Assembly: GCA_964016885.1 (NCBI GenBank)
Contig: CAXHJY010000640.1
Location: forward strand, 1-64,000
DNA from: Eledone cirrhosa
Lineage: Eukaryota
Reading direction: 5' to 3'
Length of the DNA: 64,000 nucleotides
Both the position numbers and the translations under genes were made by a program. Positions 12,561 through 30,290 of the stretch are shown here, in pieces. The notes under the pieces were generated by a model. The model was not told the DNA's origin, ran no database searches, and saw only the letters and a list, made by a program, of their open reading frames with translations. Each line of letters starts with the position of its first letter. Position 1 is the first letter of the stretch.

Positions 12561-12623
12561 TATTCTATTATATATATATTTCAAGGGCACCAAAACTTTA
12601 GTATGCTCTCATCAGATAAAATA
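12561..12623 (-). ncRNA. Type-I hammerhead ribozyme motif (weaker stem II)
   Basis: Minus strand reads TATTTTAT-CTGATGA-GAGCATACTA AAGTTT TGGTGCCCTT-GAAA-TATATATA-TA-ATAGAATA. Confidence 0.72.
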
Positions 12624-12748
12624 CAAAGTTTGTTTTATAAATATTGACATATCCAGGAAGAAGATCTTAACGGTTCAAGTTTTTCCTGGTTTTAACTTGA
12701 ACCGTTAAGATCTTCCTGGATATGTCAATATTTATAAAACAAACTTTG

Positions 12749-12811
12749 TATTTTATCTGATGAGAGCGTACCAAAGTTCTGGTGCCCTTGAAATATATAT
12801 ATAATAGAATA
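12749..12811 (+). ncRNA. Type-I hammerhead ribozyme motif
   Basis: Stem I TATTTTAT/ATAGAATA, core CTGATGA (12757-63), stem II GAGCGTACCA/TGGTGCCCTT, GAAA (12790-93), palindromic stem III TATATATA and a UA cleavage site. Distal stem I extension ATATTTATAAAAC/GTTTTATAAATAT. Confidence 0.82.
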
Positions 12812-13099
12812 AATATGGTTTTATAAATATACTTTTCCTTTATTTAATATCATTGATATTATACTCCAGAAAACCTGTCGAGTGCTTCAAATCAGTTATA
12901 AACATATATATTTGTTGAATTACCAACCAATTAAATGTCCCTTTTGCTTATATATATATATATATATATATATCATGTGGACAAGTAAAACCTAATGAAA
13001 ATGTAGGGGTGCTGTTTTGACATACGGTGTGATTTGAACAATTTTAACCTGGTGGAGTTCATCACTTTTCCAGGTTGGAACATAGTCAGTTTCTTCCAG

Positions 13100-13253
13100 A
13101 GAAGGAGAGAGAGAGAAATTGGCCACAGCAGTTTTACTTGACTGACTAGTACTTTTTGTTTTATTGACCACAAAAGGATGAAAGTCAAAGTTGGTGTGAG
13201 AGGGATTTGAAGTCAGAGAACACGGGCAGCCAGAACAAATACTGTAAAGCATT
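13100..13253 (-). mobile_element. Decayed SINE with Nin-like domain
   Basis: Minus strand reads CTTTGACTTTCATCCTTTTGTGGTCAATAAAAC...AAGTACTAG, similar to 61637-61700. Confidence 0.55.
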
Positions 13254-13311
13254 GATATATATATATTTCGTTTTTGTATTTGTTTTGCAAGAATCTTGAT
13301 GTGCAATCATG

Positions 13312-13571
13312 TTATATGTTGGGAGGGTCACGCAGAAAATAAAATCACATGTACCTGTTGAGTTTCACTTTGGTTTTATCAGTTACGTAACTAACTCATT
13401 CATTGGTTAGTTTAGTAACCAGATGACAATGAAATATTACTATTAAATAACCATTCAGTTACTAAACTAACCAAGAAATGGCTTAGTTACTTAACTAATA
13501 ATTTAAAAAAATTAAGTGAAATTGAATCGGTGCATATGTTTTTATGGCTGTATGACCATACCAAAGTATAA
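13312..13571. mobile_element. Old foldback/MITE-like element with long imperfect terminal inverted repeats
   Basis: Inner arms AGTTACGTAACTAA...TTGGTTAGTTTAGTAAC (13381-13419) and GTTACTAAACTAACCAA...TTAGTTACTTAACT (13458-13496); degenerate complementarity continues ~70 bp outward. Confidence 0.7.
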
Positions 13572-16500
13572 TAAATATACTTTGTGATCATCATTTAACA
13601 GGCTTTCCCTGCTAACAAAGGTTTAACATGTTGTTACAGACCAGTCAGAACTTGGACTGTGCTACAGACCCCTCAGATAGGCCAAGGGTCTACATCTTAC
13701 ATTCATTCCCATATTCTATTGATTGCTCTGATATTCCAGGGTCCCATATCTTGCTTACATATGATCTCCTATTCTCTACAGAGTGCACCAGGTACATTTT
13801 ATTGTGGTACCAGCATTAGGAAGGTGGTCATATCTTTGTCACAGCTGGAGATTCTTCCCAAGCTTTTGTTGGCAGGTTTTCTATGGCTGGATGCTCTTCC
13901 TATTATCAACTACTAAACAGAATGTTCTAGGTGTATTTGTGTAGATCACCAACACTAGAGAAGTTGTTGTGCCCTTGAGACAACTGAAGAGCCCTCTCTA
14001 CATATGAGTGCATGCCAAGTGTGGTTTGTGGGGTGGGGGGTTATTTGACAGGTTAATAAGTGGAAGGGTAGGGGTGAAGTTTTGGACAGTTTGGGAACTT
14101 CTGTGGTGATAACAGCTACTAAGGGATAATGATTTGTGTGTCAAGGTTTCAGTGAGTTTCAAGGGTCGTGTGGGAGAGAGGTGAATGTGATCCTGGGTAG
14201 AGTAGGGGTAGTAGTGTAAAGTGATGCTGAGAATAGCTACTAGACGAAGGTGGTTTGTGTGGTGTGACACGTGGATTTGTCAAGTCAGGTCAGGTAATTA
14301 CATGTTGCCAAGCCTATATATAAACAAAATGAAGATAATTGAAGTAATAATACTCAGATTATATCCTTAGAGGCTACCATATAAGATGTAAAAATGAATG
14401 ATGTCAAATGATTTTCTTACTGAAATATAATAATCCCTTAGACAATTGAATGCCTGCAATTAATTTTATAGAAAATAAAATAATCTTCTCATGAGAATTA
14501 ATAGTAAAAGTATGAACGTTGACAAGATTAAACAATGTAGAAATATTTATAGCAACAGTAATTACTTTCAACAGGTAATTTAAAAAATTTTTATTTTAAG
14601 AGTCAAGAGTAAAGTCTTTGAATGTAAAACTTAAAAATGAAATCCTGTTTCTTTACTTTAATTTCATTATCATATGAATTTCTGATATTTTTCTCTTTTT
14701 ATAAATTTAAAAAGATTACTAAACAAGAAAAAAAAAAATTAAATTTATTTTTGTTTTCAATCTAGCCGTTTGTGGGTTGACTTGATATTTTTTGATGTAT
14801 GAATATTTTTTTACTGTTAATTAACTCTAATATTGCTTTACTTCACAGATTGCTAGACTTTATTGCTTTCCTAAAATGTTAATTTATCTTTTCTATTGTC
14901 AAATCAATGACCATCATTGTTCATTACTCATTAGTTAACAGTTATCAGACTTTAAAGATCTATGATCTAAAACAATGGTCCTCCCACCACCCTAATGGCA
15001 TTGGGGTTACTTTAGTGGGGTATTACAAATTTAGGTGTTCAAGAAAAGGCAGTTGATTTTAGCAAGCCTTTATTTGAATCAAAAGAAAATATGTTTTGTT
15101 CATTCTACAAATAACTATCTATTTTGCAAATCCTATTTTTATGGGTCCATTATATTTAGGTTTCTGTAGATTATCATTTTTGTTACTGACTTATAGAAAT
15201 GCCAATTTAACATAGTTTTTGGTTGACAAGGTCCTTGTTATTGGAGAAATTCGTTTTGACTTGTCAGATACTGAAGGATACATTTTTGCTGTCACTCATC
15301 TTGCTATAAATAGCAACATTTACTTGAAACTACACTCATCTTTAGAAAAAGGACATATTGGTTATTGCAGCCTTGAAAATAAGACATGGTCATCATGATT
15401 CCAATAATGAAATAAGCTTTATGATATAAATGTTTTCTTTCCAATAAATTTCCTCTCTTGTGACTCTACCACCTTTATTTGTTGTTGTTGCAACTACATT
15501 TGTTTTTCCAGTTTATTTTCTATTTCTTTTTTCAATTTATTTTATTTTGTCCTTCATCATATGATGGATCAAATACATCAATTTCTCTCCTAGGTTTTAT
15601 TTAATTTTCATTGCAACATAACATTGCATCCTCCCACTTTTCTTTTATCTTCTATATTTTATCTGATACCTTCATTTCTTGGTGATAATGTTATTTCTCA
15701 TGTGGCCGAGTGGCTAGGTTCACAATCACATGGTCATCGGATCAATGCACGGGACATTGTGTTCTTCAGCAATATACTATATTTTGTTTTGTTCCTTCTG
15801 TGACCAGCAGATATTATCAGCAAGAAGAGACCAATGGAAATATTGCTTACTTTGCTCTATTTGATGGTCAGCTCATTTCCTTTTTATATTTTTATCTTTC
15901 ACTTCAGAAAAGGATTGATCCTGCACATATGGTGTATAGTTCACACTGTAAAGAGTGAACTGTACACCATACATGAAGAATTTAATTTACTAATATAACT
16001 AAATTTCTTAATTAAGCTGGTGTTTGGAGTGTAGCTTAACAAAGGTTCTTATGTACAATTATGAGAGAAGGTTTTTAGATAAATATAAATACTTTAAAAC
16101 AAGCAGTCTTGTGTCATTGAACCCAGTTATTTGGTAACAAATGGGTTAAACTTGTTTTTCTAGTCAACCATTGGCAAAGATATGTTACATAAGCATTGCA
16201 GTATACCTCTAAGTTTCAGTTCTTGCCCTGATTTCCAATTTTGATACTTAGAATCAAACATGATGTATTTTCCTAATCTCTAACTTATCCTGTATGTTTG
16301 TATGAATAAAAATTTGTCTTCAAGCATTGAGCATGAAAGTTTAAAAAGAAAATTAGGATAGTTTTTGAATTTTACTTAAAATCTTCCTGAATAATGTCTC
16401 AATTCTAGATACAAAGTAAATGATATTTAATATTTAGTGGAAATGTGAAATGAAGCTTTGTAATAATTGAGAATTCAGACTGATATAACAATTAATTTCC

Positions 16501-17556
16501 AATAATAATATGGTAATTTTTCTAATGAATATCTGGATATTATAGTATATATATAATATCTGGATATTATAGTCACAACATTATGCTGGCAGACAAGTTT
16601 TCTTCAGTACTGCAGCATATCATGTCACCAATCCTCAGTCTTTTATCATGCAAATATTTCTGTAAAAATTATTTACAGTTAAAATGTGCAGATTGGGAAT
16701 CACTAGATTCCAAAGGCAATGCTCCAGTGTGACCTTAGCTACAGTGGACAAAGCAAATTAAAGAACATGTATTCCAGTTCTCATCTGTAAGTCTCTTCAA
16801 TATAACTGGGGACTCTTGAATATTTTCTAATTTTGATAAAATGCTGTAGTATTGAGAAATGTTATAAGTCATAGGAGTAGCAAAACAAAAATAGTATAGT
16901 TTTGACATGAGTTGGTTTGTATTTATAAAAGATGCCTCTGAGAAATGAATACAGTTTCTTTCACCTTTCATATCAACAAAATACATTACTCAGTTTATGT
17001 GTGGCAGTAATAATATTTGCATGTATTTCTGAGTAGAAATCTTATTTAAAATGGACAGAAATTTGATATTTTATATGCCATTTCATACCTTTTTATTGAC
17101 TATTTTAGTTAGAAGTGGATATTCACTCTTCTTCAACTTTTTTCCTTATCTACTAATTCCATACATTGTGTGTTGTCTAGCGATAATTCCTCTATTGGTT
17201 TTCAAAATAAATGTAAAATAATTTGCTTCTTCTATCAATTGTATTCAAGTGGCATATCATGATAGATTATATATATAAAACTAGATCAACTTTCTTGCTT
17301 TTGTAACTTAAACCATATATACCTTTTATATATATTTTTATGTTCTCCTATTGAAATACTTCAATAATATTTCCATGCACTCCATAAATCTGTCCATTGC
17401 TCCTTTTATCAAATCTCTTTATCATATTTTTATATGTTCATGTATTCCACTTGTCTCTACATTAACTAATATATATATACATATATCCGTTTTGAACCTA
17501 AGTATTGAGTACTCTGGTGCGTTATGGCCACCTGGTTCCTTACCACACTTTCTTTG

Positions 17557-17592
<36 letters not shown>

Positions 17593-18003
17593 TAAAATAA
17601 CAGATTAAAGTTTAAGCAAAGAATCGCTGCTTTCACCCTTAACGGAACCTTCTGAAACTAACAAAGTCAATCTGTGAACGCAGTAGTGAATATTTAAAAA
17701 AAACGTTTGGAAGACAGGAAGACGATACTTTGGTTCGTGGAAACGTTCCCTGGCAAAGAACGGGAAAAAACGAATATAATATGTCATTATTTGGAGCGGT
17801 GAAAAACAATTACGCGCAAAGACAGAACCACGTTTATGGTATAAAAGAAGTCGTAGACTAATATTCTCTTAGGTGGTTCATTTTGTTAGTTTCAGAAGAT
17901 CCCGTTATTTTAATAAATATTTGCTCTACGGTTCTTATATATTTGATATATATTTATCCTTATCGAGCCCTCTTTGGCTTTTAGTCTTCAAATTTATTAT
18001 TAT

Positions 18004-18008
<5 letters not shown>

Positions 18009-18071
<63 letters not shown>

Positions 18072-18188
18072 ATATATATATATATATATGTGTGTGTATA
18101 TATATATATGTGTGTGTATATATATATATATATATGTGTGTGTATATATATATATGTGTATATATGTATATGTATATATATATGTATG

Positions 18189-18219
<31 letters not shown>

Positions 18220-18252
18220 GTGTATATATGTATATGTATATATATATGTATG

Positions 18253-18283
<31 letters not shown>

Positions 18284-18382
18284 GTATATATATATATGTA
18301 TATATATATATGTATATATATTTATGTATATATATTTATGTATATATATATATGTATATATATATATGTATATATATATATG

Positions 18383-18413
<31 letters not shown>

Positions 18414-18425
18414 GTATATATATAT
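18009..18425. repeat. (TA)n/(TATG)n array
   Basis: Read directly. Confidence 0.98.
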
Positions 18426-19130
18426 AAATGAGAGGTATAGAGATTGTTTTAGCAAGAAGCTAACAGCATTCTATAACATATATGCGACTATGTCAAGATG
18501 GGAAAAGTAGTTAACGAAAGATTTAGGAAAAATAACTCAAACTATTCTCAAAAGAGAATCAGGATACAAATTCATCCACGGAATTTAGTAAAATCCAGGG
18601 AAAAATCTATAGACCTTTAACTCATGATAAAACAAAGTTTGAAACACTTATCCTTCAATTTGGAATAACATCAAATGCTCTGTATAGTCTTAAAAGACTA
18701 TTTCATGAAAACTTTCAGTGGAGATGGTCACGGTTGGAATATCATTCATCAGCAGAGCTCAACAGAAAACCAGGGCTCTCACAGTAATATAGTCCGAAAA
18801 AGGGAATTCTAAAACTGGCTAGTTCGCCTTCATGTGTATTTATGAAAAAGCACATGAGGAAAAAACGGGGCTATTGACGTCAGGATGGAAGTGAATGTTT
18901 ATTTACAAGAAATAGCAGTCAAATACATTCTGAAAAAAAACTCTACAAAGGAGTTCAGCAAAATAGCAATAATTATCACAGTTTTTATGAAAAAAACCGG
19001 GATTAGTCACAGATAGTTTAAGCACTCTAGGAAAAGAATCTGAGTATAAATATAAATGAGAGGTATAGAGATTGTTTTAGCAAGAAGCTAACGGCATTCT
19101 ATAACATATATGCGACTATAACGTCAAGAT
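18423..19130 (+). repeat. 628-bp unit with ~77-bp terminal direct repeat, embedded in TA arrays
   Basis: TATAAATGAGAGGTATAGAG...GTCAAGAT occurs at 18423-18499 and 19051-19130. Confidence 0.9.
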
Positions 19131-19157
19131 ACACATACATATATATGTATATATATG

Positions 19158-19197
<40 letters not shown>

Positions 19198-19400
19198 CAT
19201 ATATATATATGTGTGTATATATATATGTGTATATATATATATATGTGCATATATATATATATATGTGTGTATATATGTGTGTGTATATATGTGTGTGTAT
19301 ATATGTGTATATATATATGTGTATATATATATGTGTATATATATATGTGTATATATATATATGTATATATATATATATGTGTATATATATATGTATATAT

Positions 19401-19862
19401 ATCATCATCATCATCATCATCACCGTTTAACGTCCATGTTCCACGCTTGCATGGGTTTGGACGGGAGTTTTCCCACTTGAGGCAAGAGTGGTTGTCTTGC
19501 TCGCATAGGACTGTCTGGCGGGTTTTCTACAGTTGGATGCCCTTCCTAACACCAACCACATTTACAGTGTGGGGCTTGGAGGTTTTTACCGTGTTGCCTA
19601 CACGGCCACATTACAGCGTGGACTGTCTGGTGGGTTTTCTACAGCTGGATGCCCTTCCTAACACCAACCACATTTACAGTGTGGGGCTGGGAGGTTTTTA
19701 CCGTGTTGCCTACATGGCCACATTTACAGCGTGGACTGTGTGTTTCTTTTGTCGTGACACCTACACGATCTCATTTGTTTCGGCCTGGATGTTGTGGGAC
19801 CAACATAACTTTACATTGAAAGGGGCGGTGTGGATGCGGTGGAGGTGGTGGGACGGGGGGTG

Positions 19863-19864
<2 letters not shown>
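19401..19864 (-). mobile_element. RTE family A, 3'-UTR-only copy A3 (112-bp duplication subfamily)
   Basis: (CAT)n tail; matches 29800-30245 including the duplicated module. Confidence 0.93.
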
Positions 19865-21446
<1,582 letters not shown>

Positions 21447-24193
21447 TCATCATCGTTTAACGTCCATATTCCACGCTTGCATGGGTTTGGACGGGAGTTT
21501 TCCCACTTGAGGCAAGAGTGGTTGTCTTGCTCGCATAGGACTGTCTGGCGGGTTTTCTACGGCTGGATGCCCTTCCTAACACCAACCACATTTACAGTGT
21601 GGGCTGGGAGGTTTTTACCATGTTGCCTACACGGCCACATTACAGCGTGGACTGTGTGTTTTTTTTTTGTCGTGACACATACACGATCTCATTTGTTTCG
21701 TGCTGGATGTTGTGGTACCAACATAACTTTACATTGAAAGGGGTGGTGTGGATGGGGTGGGAGTAGTGGGACGGGGGTGTATTTTGTTAGAGGTGCCTAC
21801 TGACTGTAGTAGGTTTCACTTTGTACTTAGGTAATGCGGGTCTTCTCTATTACTGTGTAGCGCCAAAGGTCTCGGTCCAGTGACATTGTCTTGGAGAGGT
21901 GTGTGAGGTCGGAATTTATCAAGTCGTCCCAGGTTTTTTCTGGGTCTGCCTACTCCGTGGCTACCGTCTATTTTTATTGCCCTGCACATTTTTATACAGC
22001 TGTCGTCTTTCATGCGCATCACGTGACTATACCAATGTAGTCTTCTCTCGAGTAAACAACATCTGATCCCTCTTATTTCTAATTATTCCCTTAGTTCGTT
22101 TATGCTTTGCCGTTCACATATATTACTATTACACATCCAGCGGAGCATGCAAGCTTCGTTTCTCTCTAGTCTGCGTATATCCTCTGCACACAATGCCCAG
22201 GTCTCACTGCCATGCAACATTGCTGTTCGTATGCAGGCATCATACAGCCTGCCTTTCATTTTTAGAGAGAACCCTTTAGTGGCTAATAGTGGTATAAGCT
22301 CTCTGAACTTTTTCCATCCAGTTCTGACTCTAGCTACTGTACTTTCAGAGCACCCTCCCCCACTGCTGATTTTGTCACCCAGGTAACGGAAGCTGTCCAC
22401 TATTTCTATAGAACCATCTGTGCAATGGAGTGAGCTAGTATTTTTTGGGCACTTGCTGCTACTTATTGCACCAGAGCACCGGCCACATATAAAATCTATG
22501 TTGTTAGTTAGTTTACCTGTGATCCCACTACATCTTTTATGCACCCATACTTTGCATATGGGACATAAAATGGCGTTTCTACCTACTCCATTCCTACACA
22601 CTGAGCATGGCCATTTCCCGGATGGGACCGGCGCCATATTTTCCTTACTACAAACTAGAACTTTAGTCTTAGACAGGTTAATTTTAAGGTCCTTTGATTC
22701 TAGGCCATGCTTCCATGTTTGGAGTTTCTTCTCTAGTTCGGCCATTGATTCAGCTATGAGCGTTAGATCATCTGCGTATAGGAGTTCCCATGGGCAACCA
22801 GTCTTGAACTCCACAGTTATAGCCTGAAGGGCAATAATAAATAGTAGGGGGCTAAGAACAGAGCCCTGATGAACACCAACTTTTGCGCTAAACTCTTCAC
22901 TATATTCGTTGTTAATTCTAACCTTGCTGACTGTTTCTTTATACATGGCTTGTATAGCTCTCACAAGCCATTCATCAACAGCTAGTTTTCAATTCTCTCT
23001 CTGATTAGTTACGCTATTACTTTTTCTGTGACCTTCATGACTTGGTCAATTAATTTAATGCCTCTAGAGTTACTCATATCTAGGACATCTCCTTTACCCT
23101 TGTAGCAGTTAATGATGATGCTGCTATGCCAGTTCTTCGGAACAACCCCATTCTGTATGACTTGGTTTACTATCCGGGTGACCATGGTGTGTCCCACCGT
23201 TCCAGAAGCTTTCAGCATTTCAGCAACTATTTCCGAAGGCCCAGCCGCCTTACCCGTCTTCATATCTTTGATTGCCTTACTTATTATACTACCTTCGACT
23301 AACACTGCTGGTCCCTCTATTGGGTCGATGTGGGGGAGACTGTCTTTCTCCCATTTATTCTCCTCATTTAGTAGCCTTTCGTAGTGACACTTCCAACCTA
23401 CCTTCTTATCAGCGTCAGTGATGGCAAGTACGCCATAATCATTAAGGACACACTTCTCCCCACTAATATCACGGTTTTCCTTGACACATTGCCTAGCAAT
23501 CCTGAACAGCTCACGTTTTTGGTCCTCGCGTTGTAGAACATGCTTGAACTTTCTTTCCTCTGCTTCCCTTCTTGCGAAGTACACTTGTCTCCTAGCTTCC
23601 CTCCTAGCCACTTGATAGTCTTCTCTACTTCCCCCATCCCGCCATACTTTCCAAGCCTGCTTTTTGGCCTTAATTGACTCCTCCAACTTACTGTTGCACC
23701 ACCATGTTACTCTCCTCCTGCCTATAGGCCTGCTCCAGCCACAGACTTCGTCTGCCGCCATCAGCAGGTTAGCTTTCAGGAATTCCCACTGTTCCTCTAT
23801 ATTGCACGACTCTAAATGCTCTTCGAAAGCATCAAGTAATATGCTCTTAAATTTATTCCTGGCTGTGGGGTCCTTTAGCTTCCATATTTTTCTCCTGAGG
23901 ATAGTCCTCTTCTGCTGTCGAGTACGTCTCGTCCTGACTATGAGGTCGCTAATTATCAGTCTATTTGAGAGGTGCATTCTTCATGGGGGAGGGATTTAGT
24001 GTTTACAACAGACACTCTGTCACGTCTTCTGGTAAGGATATAATCTACCTGGCTGGTATGTTCCCCTGATCTGTAAGTGATCAAGTGATTGTCTCGTTTT
24101 TGAAAGTTAGTGTTACAGATAGTTAGGTTATTTGCGTCACAGGATGCTGGAGCCTTCCTCATTTCTAGTACCAAACACATAGCCTCCGTGGAT
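21447..24193 (-). mobile_element. RTE family A, 5'-truncated and decayed copy A4
   Basis: Begins within the endonuclease ([14 protein letters not shown]). Has several frameshifts, a deletion of roughly 175 bp near 22990 removing DEMQFGF...WWAL, and a short (CAT)n tail. Confidence 0.93.
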
Positions 24194-29801
<5,608 letters not shown>

Positions 29802-30290
29802 CATCATCATCATCATCATCAGGTTTAGCGTCCGTGTTCCACGCTTGCATGGGTTTGGACGGGGGTTTTCCCACTTGAGGCAAGAGTGGTTGTCTTGCTC
29901 GCATAGGACTGTCTGGCGGGTTTTCTACAGTTGGATGCCCTTCCTAACACCAACCACATTTACAGTGTGGGGCTGGGAGGTTTTTACCGTGTTGCCTACA
30001 CGGCCACATTACAGCGTGGACTGTCTGGCGGGTTTTCTACAGCTGGATGCCCTTCCTAACACCAACCACATTTACAGTGTGGGGCTGGGAGGTTTTTACC
30101 GTGTTGCCTACACGGCCACATTTACAGCGTGGACTGTGTGTTTTTTGTCGTGACACCTACACGATCTCATTTGTTTCGGCCTGGATGTTGTGGGACCAAC
30201 ATAACTTTACATTGAAAGGGGCGGTGTGGAGGGACGGGGGTGTGTTTTGATAGAGGTGCCTACTGACTGTAGTAGGTTTTTACTTTGTAT

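Larger units (their letters stand above)
12513..12948. mobile_element. Penelope-like terminal repeat (pLTR) with inverted partial copy
   Basis: 12513-12681 is the reverse complement of 12694-12859 with few mismatches; each arm carries a hammerhead motif; flanked by TA runs. Confidence 0.75.

Noticed and set aside
16735-16986. Possible host exon or ORF (also short ORFs at 53-56 kb and 63 kb)
   Set aside because: No recognisable domain or convincing splice-site pair; small exons cannot be excluded without RNA data.
17714-17752. Hammerhead-like CAGG...AAGA CGA..TCG..GAAACGTT.CCTG
   Set aside because: No CUGA box is present.
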